From positions 40,610,001 to 40,674,000 of the forward strand of contig OX597814.1 of NCBI GenBank assembly GCA_951406725.2: DNA of 64,000 bases, in the 5' to 3' direction. A program made the position numbers and the translations under genes. Source of the stretch: Octopus vulgaris (lineage: Eukaryota). This document shows, piece by piece, positions 24,411 through 39,080 of the stretch (within the stretch, counting starts at the first letter, position 1; each line of letters starts with the position of its first letter). The notes beneath the pieces are model-generated. The model made no database searches, was not told where the DNA came from, and was given only the letters and a program-made list of their open reading frames with translations.

Positions 24411-25121
24411 ATATTGTGGGAACGCTCTCACAGACCCTCTTGAGATACGACCTTGAAATACATACTTTGATCAACACTTTGAATCATCACCTTATATGGC
24501 AATTATATCATTTTGAATATCATTTTGGACTAAACTACTCATCCCTTACTATGTAATGTTTTTTTCTCTGCATTTTTCTTTCGACATTTCTTTCTCTTAC
24601 ATTTTCTTACTTTTCATTTTCTAGGTCTCTTTTCACTTGAACACATTTCCTAACCTCGTTTTTATATTTATATTGCATCTCACTTCCAATTCTCCTTGTT
24701 TTTCCTAACTGAATAATACCTAGCATTCCAAAGTTGTAAAATATACTACAGCCATTACACTTCTCAAGAGTTTAACTACTACCTTCATCGTTGATATTAC
24801 ATATTTAACATTTAAACAAACTTACTCTAGATTCGAAGCCCGCGTTCCAACTTCATTGTACCGGATTATATTTTATAGTCTCCCTCTATTTCGCAATGTA
24901 ATATTTTTCCGAAATCTGTTTTTTTTTTCTTGGAATACTTTTTTCTTTTCTCCCTGGAAATTTTTAATCAACTGTTCTCATCACTTCATTTCCTAGCGCT
25001 TTTAGCTATTTTTATTCCTCATCTCTCTCTCCCAACATTTCTTTTTCCTTTCCGAAAAAAAATATTACCATATGAAATATTACTTGTCTCTAAATGCAGT
25101 ATTACTTCCCAAACAAGGCAT

Positions 25122-25262
25122 TGAGCAGGCAGAATAGATAGCAAAATGCTTAGTGGCAATTTGTTTGCCTTTATATTCTGAGTTCAAATTCCCTCTAGGT
25201 CGAATTTACTTTTCATCATTTCAAGGACGACAAAATAATTACCCGTTGGTCTCGGGGGAAGA
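25122..25262 (+). mobile_element. SINE fragment, same family
   Basis: TTCTGAGTTCAAATTCC...GGTCGAATTTACTTTTCATC. Confidence 0.6.
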
Positions 25263-25879
25263 TTGAAAAAATTTTCTCCTCTCCCAAAAGTACTATAGTT
25301 GCACCAACACTTGAAAATAGTACATCAATGTTTAGCCTAATTCCATATCCGTTGTCCTTTGATTTTTTTCGTCTGTTCTTCTTTACGATTTTTATTAACG
25401 TCATAAGATCATTACTATATAATATATGTGCGTGTGTTTGTGTGTGCCTGTGTGTGTGCGTACGTGCAATTGTAACTAATATGACTGTCATATTCTTTTA
25501 TAATATCTTGTGCGTACTACGTATTGTCAGACCTTATTGATTTCTGTTTAGATATTTAACCCATGCAAATAAATTTCCATATCCATGTATATTTTTCAGA
25601 GACATAATATCTCCTTCCTTTTCCCCGACCTCGCTATTTGTTGCTTTTGTCATCATTACATCTGCTTGTCTTTCCCTCGTTTTCCTCTTCATTGTTTTAC
25701 ATAGCTTCCTTTGTTATCTTTTTTCAGCATCACAATTCGATTCTCGTATTTTTGCAAATCTCATCTGTCTACACTTGATCCAATTTCTCCTTGCTTGTCC
25801 GAGTTCCTGATTTTGAAATCCGACGTGCTATTTCTCACTTCACTTTCTCTCTGTCTCGCTCTTTCTCCCTCTTTCTCTA

Positions 25880-26030
25880 CGGTATCTGGCCTTGTTTAGT
25901 AATTACTCTCAAACTACCAACTCCTTTTCCAGTTAGCGTTATATTTTGAGGTTTTGTCGCTAGTACATTGGAGTTGTTGTCGTATGCAGCATTTTCCACC
26001 ACTTTGACAACATTGCCCTTATCTAAATTA
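25880..26030 (-). pseudogene. Possible ancient PLE RT fragment
   Basis: DKGNVVKVVENAAY resembles the PLE DKG motif. Short and weak. Confidence 0.3.
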
Positions 26031-26599
26031 AACGAACAAAAATTACGTTTATATATCTTTTTTAATAATTGTTGTAATGTTACTGTAACCAAAATACACT
26101 TAATGAAGCGTTCTGAACAACGCTGGAAATATTTAAGAAAGAATATTTCGATGTTTTAATGTTCGAACAGCTTACAACAGAAAAAGGAAGAGAACACAGT
26201 CTGTAAACGAAAGGAAATACACAATGCAACAAAGAAGGAACGTAGAGTGAATACGTAAAATTGCTACAATTAAAGCGTGTAGAACTTAAGTTTATCTTAG
26301 CTGCTCCGGAGCATATCCTAACCATCTCCTAACCATATTTTCACAGCATTCTGAAACCACAATGTACCCCTCATACAAAGTCACATTTGGGCAGGTATTA
26401 ATTTCTTGTCTGATCTACCTCATCAACATCAATGAATAGGTTGTTGGTTACTTTCGATGCAGCCAGCTTCTATACATGAATTCCTCACGAATTAAGTACA
26501 TCAGCAATCTAATTGTAGTTAAAAAAAGCTTCAAAATATTCTAATACTTTCAACATAGAAACTATATTAGACCATTTCAATTTTATACTTCTCAGTAAA

Positions 26600-27800
26600 C
26601 ATCCTCTTTTCAATGAGAAAAATCATCTTCAATATAAAGATACGACTATAAGTATCAAGTTTTCTTTAGTACATGCGAACACATCAATTATAAGAGGACG
26701 ATTATGACACTGATTTTAGAAAATATATACTGGTATCATGCAAAAGATGTCTTGATGTTTATACCCTAACTTGCACAAAATATCTAAATATCTTAGAAGA
26801 ATTTTATGTATTTCTTGACTGTCACCTTTCAACTCGCATATTCGCAAAGACGTTAAATATTACTAAACTGCTATTTATCAATAAGATATTAATGAAAAAC
26901 ATTACAATAGCCACACCTGAAATAAATTTTAAAAATACAGATACACCTCAACGCAGGAAATTTATATCATGCCATGGAGCTCATACGGCACTTAATATCA
27001 CATACTATTCTACCAAGAAAATTTGTGTTGTGCTTGATATTGTAAATTCCTGAGTGAGCTCAAGAGATTTTGAATCAAACAGATGATATATTCCCTACTC
27101 GTGATATACAAGACTATAATAAACACTTATAGAACTAAATGGAGGAAGCTATAAATATGGATAAGAAATTTCAGAACAACATACTATACATGTTGAAAGA
27201 CAATTCATGTATCAACAAATTAGTAAAGTCGCCAAATGGAGGCTTAGAAACAAAATAAAAGATTTTATACTGATCGAGCTCTCGTTCAAAGTGAAAGGCA
27301 ATCAAAAATAATGTAGCACTTGTTGGCATAAACAGCACTGCCAAAATGTTGATGATATCCGAATGACATCATATTTATCTTGGTACCTGTTAATTTGTTT
27401 TTAAAATCGTGGAATTATTGGCTCCACAGCTGAAGAATAATATTTAGAAATCAAAATGGGCTGCAAAACAGAACTCACATCTGTTGCATCAAATGTATAT
27501 TGGCCAAACACAAAGCCCTTGTCCAAATGTACACATGGACCCCTTCAATAACATTGTCTAACTTTATATGTGTATATATCGCGTCGAGCAATTTCCCGAA
27601 TCATCCAAACCTTTGTGCCCAAGATTACCGATCTTCCATACCAGTCTAGATATCCACAACTTGATATCCTGTGTCTTTCCCAAGTTGATTGATATAAGCA
27701 ACACTGTATGTCCAAGCGCTGATTTGCAGAAAGAAAAAGCGCTGGATGTCATTGTTTTTCCTGAGGTATCCTGAAAGAAATGTTATTTTCATACTGCAAA
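26600..27800 (+). pseudogene. Possible highly decayed PLE RT region
   Basis: A-rich strand bias. PRLPIFHTSLDIH resembles the PxxPxFYGLPKIHK motif. Confidence 0.3.
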
Positions 27801-28632
27801 ATTGATGGTAAGAAAACTGTTATACTATCGCTGCCTACGATTCTACGAAGAAATGTTGAAGACTGCAAGAAGCATTGCTGTGTATGTATTGTTAAGAGAC
27901 CTATGAAGTCTCTTGTCATGTGATCATACTGAAGATCTATAAATAAATAACGAATCAACGACATCTCTGTAAACCACTCATTGTTTTCGAGGAAGGAGGC
28001 AACAATTTAGTGACCCGTGTGCATCCGATGCTATTAAGTAAGGATATAGAAACAACCAATAGCATAATGTAAATATTTACATTTTATTAACCTAACAACT
28101 CAAGTGCGTGTAGCAGATATGTTAAAGAAAACAATTTATTCAGAAGTTCAGACCCACGCTGTATAAACAATAAGACGAAGAATAACGTAAATATTGATAG
28201 CAATAGTGATAATTATATATTAAATATGCATTAATTTTTGCAGTATATAAGGCGAGCCTATTGTTTGTAGAATAAAGTTTTACTCAGCAACTGATTATAG
28301 ATGAGTCCTTTGCCAGAGAACTTGACTGGATATATTTATTTGAAAATAAGGGAGATTGATACAGTCTGTGTTAGAATTTATCAAACCTACAGGGAAAACG
28401 TCGCACGCTAACGTTTAGTTAAAACATCATTCGTTAGCATTAGTCTGCTGGAGCTTAACGGAAGGTATTTACAAGAAACATTAGGCCATTCCAATTGACT
28501 TGTCAATTGTGAAGCACATTGGCTGTCTGTCAATGACACTCCGTAAACATTTCAACGGATTTTGGTGCAAGCATGAAAGTATTCGTAAAGTTGTAAAAAT
28601 ATGAATATTAAAACATGTCCAAATATATTGTC

Positions 28633-28677
<45 letters not shown>

Positions 28678-28964
28678 ATATATATGTGTGTGTGTGGGGA
28701 ATGCAACTAAAAAATACACTTTTGTAAAAACAATAGATGGTACATAGATTCTCGGAAAGTATTACATTGTATACTAATTTCATAGATATGAATATTTGAT
28801 GGCTTAGTCTCACTAAAGAATGAATTATTCATTTCTTTCTAGTGAAAGATATTACATTAGTTTCGAGATCATTCAGTTAAAAATTAATAATGTCTGAATT
28901 ATAAGCACACACACAGACACACGTACACCCACACGCATATATATATACACACATATATATATAA

Positions 28965-28967
<3 letters not shown>

Positions 28968-29002
<35 letters not shown>

Positions 29003-29015
29003 TAATAATAATAAC

Positions 29016-29047
<32 letters not shown>

Positions 29048-29063
29048 TAATAATAATAATAAC

Positions 29064-29143
<80 letters not shown>
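28968..29143. repeat. (AAT)n microsatellite
   Basis: Directly visible. Confidence 0.95.
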
Positions 29144-29144
<1 letters not shown>

Positions 29145-31227
29145 GGTATAAACACGCATACATAGAGATACATCTTTAGATACACACGTATATCGATATA
29201 CACACACGATTATAAGACTATAAAATTACATATTCGTGTCTATTTTGTATATAATGTAATGCATTCTGATAATCTAGGTTGCATCTGCAAATTTTTAGAA
29301 AATGTTTTTATTTCATTAATACGTTTCAAATATTTATGTTGTAGCCGTCCTATTTTGAAATCGTAAAAGCATTAAAATTTCTATCATTATAGCATAATCA
29401 CAGTATATATAATTTTACAAGGCACAATACGCCGAATATTTTCGGAAATAAAATATTTTCACAGACATGTTACGTTTCTTGGACATTATATATCGGAGTT
29501 AAATGAACATGAGAACGAAGGGTTATTTCACCATCCTTCGGACTTATCATTGCCTAGCTCTATCTTTAACTTGCCACAAAAGTCTGTGCTCCATCATCGA
29601 GGAAGCACTGAGCGATGCGTTCTCTGCTGTTGCGATAATCTTGAATAGCAGGAAAACTCAAAGTCAATCCAGTAGAAATAAAAGTAAATTGTACTTAACC
29701 AGAAATCACAAAATGCCGTTTTCTTGTAACTTGACTCACAGGTTGCTGTTTCCTTTGCATGAACCAAGTTGTTCTGCTGTAGTACAAAGCCAGAATAATG
29801 TACAACATATTTATCAAAGTACGAAATACGGCTACACAAAGTGCTTTGTGGAATCCAAACCAATGGAACGCGTCTATCGTTTTCGTGAATCCCTTTTGCA
29901 ACAATATTGCGTTTGTGACATTAGCGCTTGTAAAAGAGCAAAAACGAAAGTTTTGTTTAGAATCATGAATTATGTATATAACCAAAATAATTATAAAATA
30001 ATCATTTCTTTTTTATTTCGGAAAGGATGACGTATTAGAAATAATTCAAACGAAGTTTTATCTGTCAAACAGCTGCTTATATGTGTGTATTTATGTGTAT
30101 ATGTGTGAGCACGCGCGCACACATGTATATATGATGGGTTTTGGCAAGCAGTGTGGATCTTTACAATTCTATAAAACATATTATTGTATAAGAGTGAAGC
30201 TCATAAGCGTTCACCGTGTAATGACTAAAGAAATTAGACTAGTATTGGAAAAATATTAGCCCTCGACGGACAAAGTAGGGTTTCTGGACGCATCGGTGCC
30301 GAATGTCTCTTAAATTGTAACTTAGGAAAACATCTTACTAACAATAAATAATACACAGAAAACTCATTCAGTTCCAAAAATGGAACAAAATTACTATTTT
30401 TCTGGAACAAATCTAATATTATTAACACGTATTGACGTAATCCACTAAGAAAGTAACACTGACAGGTATACTTATCTTTTGTTAAAACCTATACTGAAGA
30501 CCTATACTTGGCAATGATATATACAAGAAAAATTATTCATATTACCACGATGAAAATTGCATGGAATCTTAAGACACATGTTACTGTAGTAGAAATTTTT
30601 TGTCAAGGTATGAAAATTGCAAAATAGTACCATGTGTGTGCCTGGACACAAACATAGGGGTTACTCTCTTGTCAAATCAGAAATAAGTTTTAAAATGCGA
30701 TTACAGATAACTGAGGTGATAGCTTCTTTTTAAAGAGAGATGTATCTTATGCATTGTCTTTAGAACTGGCGCTTCGGTAAAAGAAGGGGCCAGATTTTTT
30801 TCAAACACAACTGCCCTTAATTTGTGGAAAACCATTTCCGAAGAAACATAAGAGTCGGAGAACTGTGGTGACACAAGCGATTAAAAGCAAAACAGAGAAG
30901 CACAGATATCGGAAGAAAAACTTTTCGACTCTGACTGTCGGAAAGAAACTTGTGGTTTACGGACAATTATTTATGAAAATGAAAGAACCCCAATATTCCT
31001 CAAACACAAACAACAATTGAAACACGTAAATAATAATTGCAACAAATGATATGTATTTATGTGTGTGTGTATATATATATACTGTTAGAAGTCAAACATA
31101 TTTGATCGTGTAGTGTCATTCCCCGCCTCCATATTTTATGTAACTCCTTAGTCCTCATCATATCTTCTGTGATTTTTGGATGTTAGAAACCTTGTATGTA
31201 CGAATGAGCTACCAGAATGCCTTTTCT

Positions 31228-31237
31228 GCTGCTACTG

Positions 31238-31304
<67 letters not shown>

Positions 31305-31490
31305 CACTACTACTACCACTACTACTAGTACTACTACTACAAACATCACTGCTGCTGCTGCTGTTGCTACTACTGCTGCTACTGCTGTTGTTACTGCTGC
31401 TGCTACTGCTGCTGCAACTGCTGTTGCTACTGCTGCTGCTGCTGTTGCTACTACTACTGCTGCTGCTACTGCAGCTGCTGTTGATGCTGC
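31228..31490. repeat. (CTA)n/(CTG)n microsatellite
   Basis: Directly visible. Confidence 0.95.
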
Positions 31491-32817
31491 TTAAACTGAT
31501 GATGCTGTTGTGTTGTACTAAGGATTAACAGAGTCATAAGCTCACGAATAATATATCATGGCTGTCTTTCCTTTTCATTTTTCCTAATTCCTAGTCGTAT
31601 TTTCACAGAATAGCTGACTATGCATGTTATTCCCTCCGAGTTGATAAAATAATATATAAGTCAAGTATTTGATTTATTCCAGTCGCTTAATCTTTCAACA
31701 AATTTTTTTTATTCTACGCCTGTGGTAGAACTGATTTATTACCTGTTCATTATATTTTAATTTGCTCCGACGCAACCTGTAAAATACTGAAACGCACACT
31801 AATAATGTATAAATATAAAGCCTAATATAAAACCTAATTTTCATATATTTTAGTTTGCCTCCCCCTTATTTATATATTTAGAACGCGGAATACACATTCA
31901 TTCATGCCCTAAATTTTATTTCGCATTTTCTTTGAGATATGTACCTCCGCTCATATACACAGCTATTCAAAAGCAGTCACTTTAATACAGACTCTAGTTT
32001 TACTATATGAATGGATAATCACATACTTGAATATATTGGTTGTAGTGATAAGCTCAACAAAACTGATGATCAAGAAGCGTGTCATTCTCTGAGATGTAGG
32101 AAATGATGGAAATACACAAAGCTACAATAATAAGGAAATTTGCGATTTGTCATTCTATGCTGATTTACTTATTTATATTATTTATATTATCGTGTTTTTA
32201 TTTTGCTTCACATCCCTTGAAATACAAACTATTTGCCTTTCACAGAGTAACCTTGTTATACACAGGAATTCACGCGCATATACCCATAAACACGCACACA
32301 CACGCAAACTAACATATATACACATACACACATCCATATATATATATTATCCACTATCAATATACGATTTGTACAGTCGCAACGAACAATCGGCTGATTG
32401 AATTTCATGGTATCCGGTCTCGGCGGAATGAATACATTTTTACATGAAAGGCGCATATAACATTAGATGCTTACGGCTTTTATTAATGTTACATTAACTG
32501 TCATTAGTGTAAAACAGAGATGTGCTATAATGACAAACGTAAACATTGATGACGCATTAAAAGCAATAGGTATGATATTATATACGTCAACACAAACTAC
32601 AATTTCCGAACTTGAATAACAGGAACAAAAGAGTGTGCTGCAGGCTTTCGTGTAAATTCAACATCAGTGTCTTTCCCTATAAAACTATGCAAACACAACT
32701 GCTTGGTAATGTACATACTTGAATACATACGTACATATATACATACTACACGCAGATATATAGTTATATACACACATACACATATATATGTATATACACA
32801 CACACACACACACACAT

Positions 32818-32850
<33 letters not shown>

Positions 32851-32868
32851 ATATATATAATATATATA

Positions 32869-34060
32869 CAGGGTCTGGACAAAATATTGGAAACACATAG
32901 TATCAGAGCATCATAATTTTGAAATATCTATAAAACCATCAAAATCTTGTATATTTTTACGTTTTTTGATTTATTACTTTTATTGATTGATATGTTTTAC
33001 TAAAATTGTTGTTTCTTTTCAGATATCATAACAAAAAGGTAATTAATATTCATTAAAATGACAGATCTATGGGACTTTCAAAGAGGTCAAATTACTGAAA
33101 CTAGTATGGCAGGCGCTAGCCTAATGAAAACAGCTGAGATGTTTGGTGTATCAAAAAGAACTGTCTCGAAAGTAATGACAGCATTTGTGAAGAAGGGAGA
33201 AAATCCCTCTTCGAAACAAAACTCCTGAAGAAAGCCAAAACTTTCAGATAGGGACCGTTAGACTCTTATGCGAATTGTTAGAAAGGATCACAAAAGTACA
33301 GCCTCCAAAAGTAGTACTGAACTTAATGACCACCTTAAGAAACACAATTTCCACAAACACTGTTCACCGGGAGCTATACAAAAATGGCTTTCACGGGAGG
33401 GCTACAATCAGAAAAAGACTACTTTCAAAAACAAACGTTGCAAAATGTTTAGAGTGCTATAAAAACCTACAGAATTGGTCCCGAGAGCAGTGGAAGAATG
33501 TTATTTTCCTTATTTCCGACCACCAGCGGAGTTTACGTGTGGAGACAGCCAAAAGAAGCATTTGGCCCAGACTGCCTTCTTCCAACTGTTAAACATGCAG
33601 GAGGAACTGCCATAAACTAAGGGGCTCTACATTGGAAATCCACCAGTCCAATGGTTTCTCATCATGGCAGAAGTAATAGTTAAGACTATTTAAGCACTTT
33701 ATCTGATAAAATTCAACATATGTTTGCGGAACTGTTTTCATAGGGAAACGCAATCTTTCAGGATGATAATCCACCAATTCTTACCGGTAAGGCAGTTACT
33801 GAATATCATGAGGAAAATTCTTGTGAAGTAAATCATCTTGTCTGGCAACCACAGTCCCCAGATCTCAATACTATTGAACATTTAAGGTGCATTTTAAAAA
33901 AAAATCAACTAAGGAGTCAATATCATCCACCATCCAATATCATCACTACAGTAACTGGAGAATATTTTAGCTGAAGAATGGTAAAAATTCAAATTTTGAA
34001 GGAGTCCATACCTCACATAATTCAAGCAGTAAATACTGCCAAAGGCGGTCCCACCCCGTT

Positions 34061-34063
<3 letters not shown>
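32869..34063 (+). mobile_element. Tc1-like transposon with pseudo-transposase, right end missing
   Basis: Left end TA-CAGGGTCTGGACAAAATATTGGAAACAC. ORF from 33058 reads MTDLWDFQRGQI..., ISTNTVHRELYKNGFHGR, FQDDNPP, WQPQSPDLNTIEH, with many lesions. Confidence 0.9.
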
Positions 34064-34114
<51 letters not shown>

Positions 34115-34121
<7 letters not shown>

Positions 34122-34281
34122 CATTATTTTACTTCTTTGAAATTTACAAAAATAGAAGCATGTGATTGTCAACTTCGGAGTGGGCCAAAGGTGCGAGCAA
34201 AACAACATCAATACGTTCCGAAGTTGACAATCACATGCTTCTATTTTTGTAAATTTCAAAGAAGTAAAATAATGTTGAATA
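34115..34281. repeat. Perfect 65-bp inverted repeat with 37-bp spacer, next to (TA)n
   Basis: 34115-34179 is the exact reverse complement of 34217-34281. Confidence 0.95.
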
Positions 34282-34287
34282 CATATA

Positions 34288-35176
34288 CGAGGAATTACTC
34301 AAAAGTAACCGGAATTTCTCACTATTATTATATTCACATAGATTTACATGTTTACACTTTTATCGCCTTCAAAATATGTTTCAGTTTAAGCAATGCATCG
34401 GTCCACGTGCGTATTCCACTGTTCGAAGCTGTCCTGGAACTCTTTCGAGGTGATGCTTTTAACCCCCCCCCCCCCATCGTTTATTCCTTCACCTCTTCCA
34501 TATCGGCAAATTTCGTAGCACTGGTTTTGAATAAAGTCCGAATGAACTTCCAACATTTCTTTCAGTTCACAACACACACCATTCGTTAATACTTTTGTGC
34601 TTCCGTGATTAAGCGAGGCTCAAATTTTGCTGCAACTCTTTTCATTCGAACTTCTTCATTCAAAACTCTTGAGCAGGAGCAGCTCCAGAACACACCATTC
34701 ATAACAATAATACTTCAATTGTTCAATGACGGTCTTCCAAGATCAGTTCGTGAATTTTCATTGTTTTCATTTATTCAGTGGGTCAGTGGTCGCCTTGAAC
34801 GAGAATGGTATTCAAATGACAAGTGATCAATCCTAAAGCGTGGAATCCCCTCGTAATTATGTGTCTTGATCATGGCAGCGTCATTGTAAGCTGTTTGAAG
34901 CATCACAAATATTTCGGCCGCCGTTGTCCCCAGCAGAATGCTCAATTTCACTGAAGCACGCGGTATCCTAATTTAAGCCCAGGCAATAATCGACGAACAG
35001 AGGAGTAGCACTGCTAAGCAAAGATGCAACACCTTGTGCTACGACTCCACGAGACGATACCCGTCGGCAAACCGATGTCTGAGGTCCGCATCAAATGCCT
35101 TCTACCGTTGCACGCTTGAGCTACAACGGGCGTATCCCACAGTGAAAACGTCTTGTAACTTTTGGTTACCTTCACG
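34288..35176 (-). mobile_element. Mariner element, internally deleted
   Basis: TIR TA-CGAGGAATTACTCAAAAGTAACCGGAA with a degenerate partner near 35150-35176. The minus strand encodes C-terminal ITSKEFQDSFEQWNTHVDRCIA plus N-terminal HTH remnants. Confidence 0.8.
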
Positions 35177-35491
35177 CATATATTTCTACACGATGAACAA
35201 ATTGAGTAATAATAATGACAACGTATTATAAAGTCCCACCCTGAGAAGGTGCATGGCCCTGTGGTTAGAGCATTGGACTTACATGCATGAAATAGCAAGT
35301 TGTAATGCTTTCTATATGAAATGCTTAGAACATTTTTAAAGGGCATATATTATTTATTAAGTATGTCAAAGTTCACCTAAATTATAATTGACATACTATA
35401 ACAAAATTGAGTTTCAAAACACAACAATTAGAGCGGCAATGATTTTGGAACAACCTAATACTAGTTCAATGATTAATTGTAATAATATTAC

Positions 35492-35492
<1 letters not shown>

Positions 35493-35575
<83 letters not shown>

Positions 35576-35579
35576 ATGT

Positions 35580-35649
<70 letters not shown>

Positions 35650-35652
35650 GTG
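35493..35652. repeat. (TA)n(TG)n microsatellite
   Basis: Directly visible. Confidence 0.95.
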
Positions 35653-35930
35653 TCTTAATTCAATTGAAACAACTTGGGATTTTTAAGGTGTCATCTCAAA
35701 TAACGATATTATCATTGTAATATTGTTGATCGTTGTTCATATTCTAAATTTCATAAACTTCTGCATAAAAAATTATGAATTTTTATGCCATGCATCAAGT
35801 GTTGTATTTTGGATACACATAATTGTATCTACTTGTTGGATACTTAACTCTGTTCTTTTATACAGTGTGCATAAATGATATGTGCCAAGATTTTAAAATT
35901 ATATTTTCATTTTCTCTCATATATATATAT

Positions 35931-36240
35931 ACCAGAGTAAGCTCATAAATGTGAAGCAAAGCAACAAAAATATTGCAAAAACTGTTACCTAGAGTTTCAC
36001 GTTCCCTAATCAGACCCTGTTTTAATTGTGAGGAATTCTATGTGTGAGATGTGATAGGCGCGGTTGTGAAAGAAACCAGATTCTCTTCTGGTGGCCAAGC
36101 TCAAGGTTCTGTTCAAAGCACTTTCGATGGACACCGTAAAGAACACGGGCTCCAGGTTCCACATCAATATTGAGATTGTAGTGGAAGCTGAGGGCGGCTA
36201 AGATTAGTATCCTTTTATCTCCCGGCTATAATATGACTAT
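35931..36240 (-). mobile_element. Short PLE-like terminal fragment between TA tracts, with decayed HHR at 35978-36016
   Basis: Minus strand: GT-CTGATTA-GGGAACGT-GAAAC-TCTAG-GTA-ACAGTTTT, homologous to the HHR at 19337-19383. Confidence 0.6.
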
Positions 36241-36415
36241 TTAAATATATATATATATATATATATTTAAATACTTATTGTTAAATATGTGTATGTCACA
36301 TTTTGTTTTCTTCTCCTCACATGCAAACTGTAATTTATATTATGCTAAATGAAATCAGAGATAAAAGTATTACATTTGCATAAAACTGTGCACAATATGC
36401 TCCTAGTCTATTATG

Positions 36416-36449
<34 letters not shown>

Positions 36450-36584
36450 CACACACACATACACACATGCACACAAAAACAAAAACTCAGATATGCATGC
36501 GCACGTGAACATATACACGCATACACACAAACCCACACAAAGAAATACATATGCTCTCGCGCGGGCACACTCACACACACGTGG

Positions 36585-36758
36585 ATGCGGTATTTCGCCT
36601 GTCATTACGTTGTGAGTTCAAATTCCGCCGATGTCGACTTAGCTTTTCATTCTTTCGGTTTCGATAAATTAAGAAACCTTTTCGTACTGGGGTCGATCTA
36701 ATCGACCGGCCCCCTCATCAGAGATTTTCTAGCCTTGTGCCTAGAGTAGAAATGAATA
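36585..36758 (+). mobile_element. SINE fragment
   Basis: GCGGTATTTCGCCTGTC...GAGTTCAAATTCCGCCGATGTCGACT...CCTTGTGCCTAGAGTAGAAA. Confidence 0.8.
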
Positions 36759-38302
36759 TAAAATACTGACCGCTTTTATGGATATCGCTCGCAAAAATTA
36801 TTTTGGTATGGTCATGTCAAATTTTCAAGCTAGTCAGTTAATTAAAAATTAAATAAATGCAGCCATTAAACATTTTGTATTTATTTTATTATATGTACAT
36901 AACATTTGAAATACAGTAGCCTAATTTAGAAATTTTCAAATGAATGTATGAATTCCATCTTATACTTCATTTAATTTTGAAGCTATCCATCCATTCACTT
37001 TGTCGAGAAGTCTACTGTAGATTGCAGGGCGACATTGCGTTTCCATGTAATCAATCTTTGAATGGTATTTATTCTAAATTTTACAGTATCTGTTCTATTA
37101 CCATGTGCACATTTCGGTTAAAATCTAGTTCAGCTTCATCCCTCTGGCTTGAAACAATTTGGAGGGTACTTCACTCAAACGACAAATCCTGAGTTCGCTT
37201 CATTGATTTTTATACAGCATAAAGATTATAAAATCAAGGCATCAGTAATAAAATTGTTTATTACGGTATTATTCTTATTAAATTCACATTAGTTCCCAAT
37301 CGAAAAAGCGTTATGGGGAAAAATATAAGTTACTACTTTGATTGCAACTTTTGCTTATCGTTAGATTTTGAGTTAATATTTAATGTTTATAGTTAATGTG
37401 TTTTTTAAAGGTTAAGAATACTGAATATGATATTAAATGGTTCCTAATAAGTAGTGCTACACCATATACTAGTGGAAAATTGAAATTGAATTTATGTTTG
37501 AAAAGTATATTCCCTGACTTTATCTCTTATTACAAGTTATTATATCACCAAACATACAGTTATGACGATGTGCATTTTTTTTACAAAATAATTTCAAAAT
37601 AAGGATTTTTAATAGGATGTTACATGGTCACAAGCGGTTCAAAATTGCATCTAGTCATATGGTCGTATATATACGCTATCGATTTTTTAATAATCACACA
37701 ATAAACCATATTTCTCTTTATTATTTTTATTTTCCCTTTATTCCCACTTTCTTGTGATTAATTAATTATTTATCTGATATATAATTATATTATCTTTGCT
37801 ATAAATTATCAGTGAGACGAAGGAATCCTAAACAAATTACGCTATTTTCCTTCTAGGAATACAAAATAAATTATTCCCGCAAATTCAAAAAGCTCCTTCT
37901 AAATTTCAATGATACCAAGGAGTATAACAATATGGTATGTGAAAGCAATTTCTACTACCATGTACACTAAGACGTCATGGTGCTCTCACCTAAAATATAT
38001 TTCAAGAAGGACATTCTAACACAGTATTTCTCAGCTTCTTCCTACGGCATGCGTAAGACCTTGAACTAAGCTACATAATTATGTCTACCCTGCATGAATA
38101 TGTACTGCACCTGAACCAATTAAATGCATATATACGCAACATCAACGGGCATTAAGATATTTATGCTGCAGAAATATAAGTTGGATTAGAATCTAATATG
38201 AATTTAACGAGAATGATAATGCAGAAATTGCGAAGATGTATACATTCTTCATTTCTTTTAAGAAGTCTTGATCATATATTCTGTATGTAGTATAAAATAC
38301 GA

Positions 38303-39080
38303 ATCTTTTCTGTTCGGCTGCACCTTATTGATGTAATATTCCACGCTGAATCTTGGGAGATATTACAAATTTTCCAGAATGTTTTGAAACAAAAGTTATA
38401 AAGGTCTGAAATTTGATCATTTTTATCCAGTCAGAAAACAAGATTTGCAGGTTTTCGTTTTGTGCTTAACTGTAAAAGTTGCCTCCATTCTGAAATTATC
38501 ACGTGTTTTGATCTGAAGCTGTAAACAAATACAATACTGGCGGATTGTGCTTTATGCACGACATATAAAACATCACAACATTAAACAATTATGGAGTTTT
38601 TCAAAATAAACTTTTAGCACAGTACAACACAAATTAAGTATTTTGTCAAATGCAAACATCTAGTCACGCAGTTCATTGGAAATGAACGTTTGAAATGCAT
38701 TCCAAGAATTTCTCGAACAAATTACAATTTTCAGGGACTTAAACGTAAACATTCCAACTACATGGGGACAACCAGCGGAAAACAGCGTGAACGCGCGTAA
38801 TTTCATGTCGAATATATTGTTCAGCATATGTCTCTCTGTCAGAAAATTTGCAGACAAAAGATCTCTCATGTTTGGCTTGTTACTATGGAAGCATACATGA
38901 ACGTGTCTGTGAATTATGATTGGCTAAAATTGCCCAATATTTTCAAAATTCAAAATGTAAAAACTCTTTATGGCGAAAATCGATTCCCTCGCAATGATTA
39001 GCATATAAAACTACATCATTACACCGAATATGAAATCAATTGGAAAAGAAATTGTAAAGTGGCAGCCAAACAAATAAGAT
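38303..39080. mobile_element. MITE-like non-autonomous DNA element
   Basis: Imperfect terminal inverted repeats ATCTTTTCTGTTCGGCTGCAC / GTGGCAGCCAAACAAATAAGAT around a non-coding interior. Confidence 0.55.
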
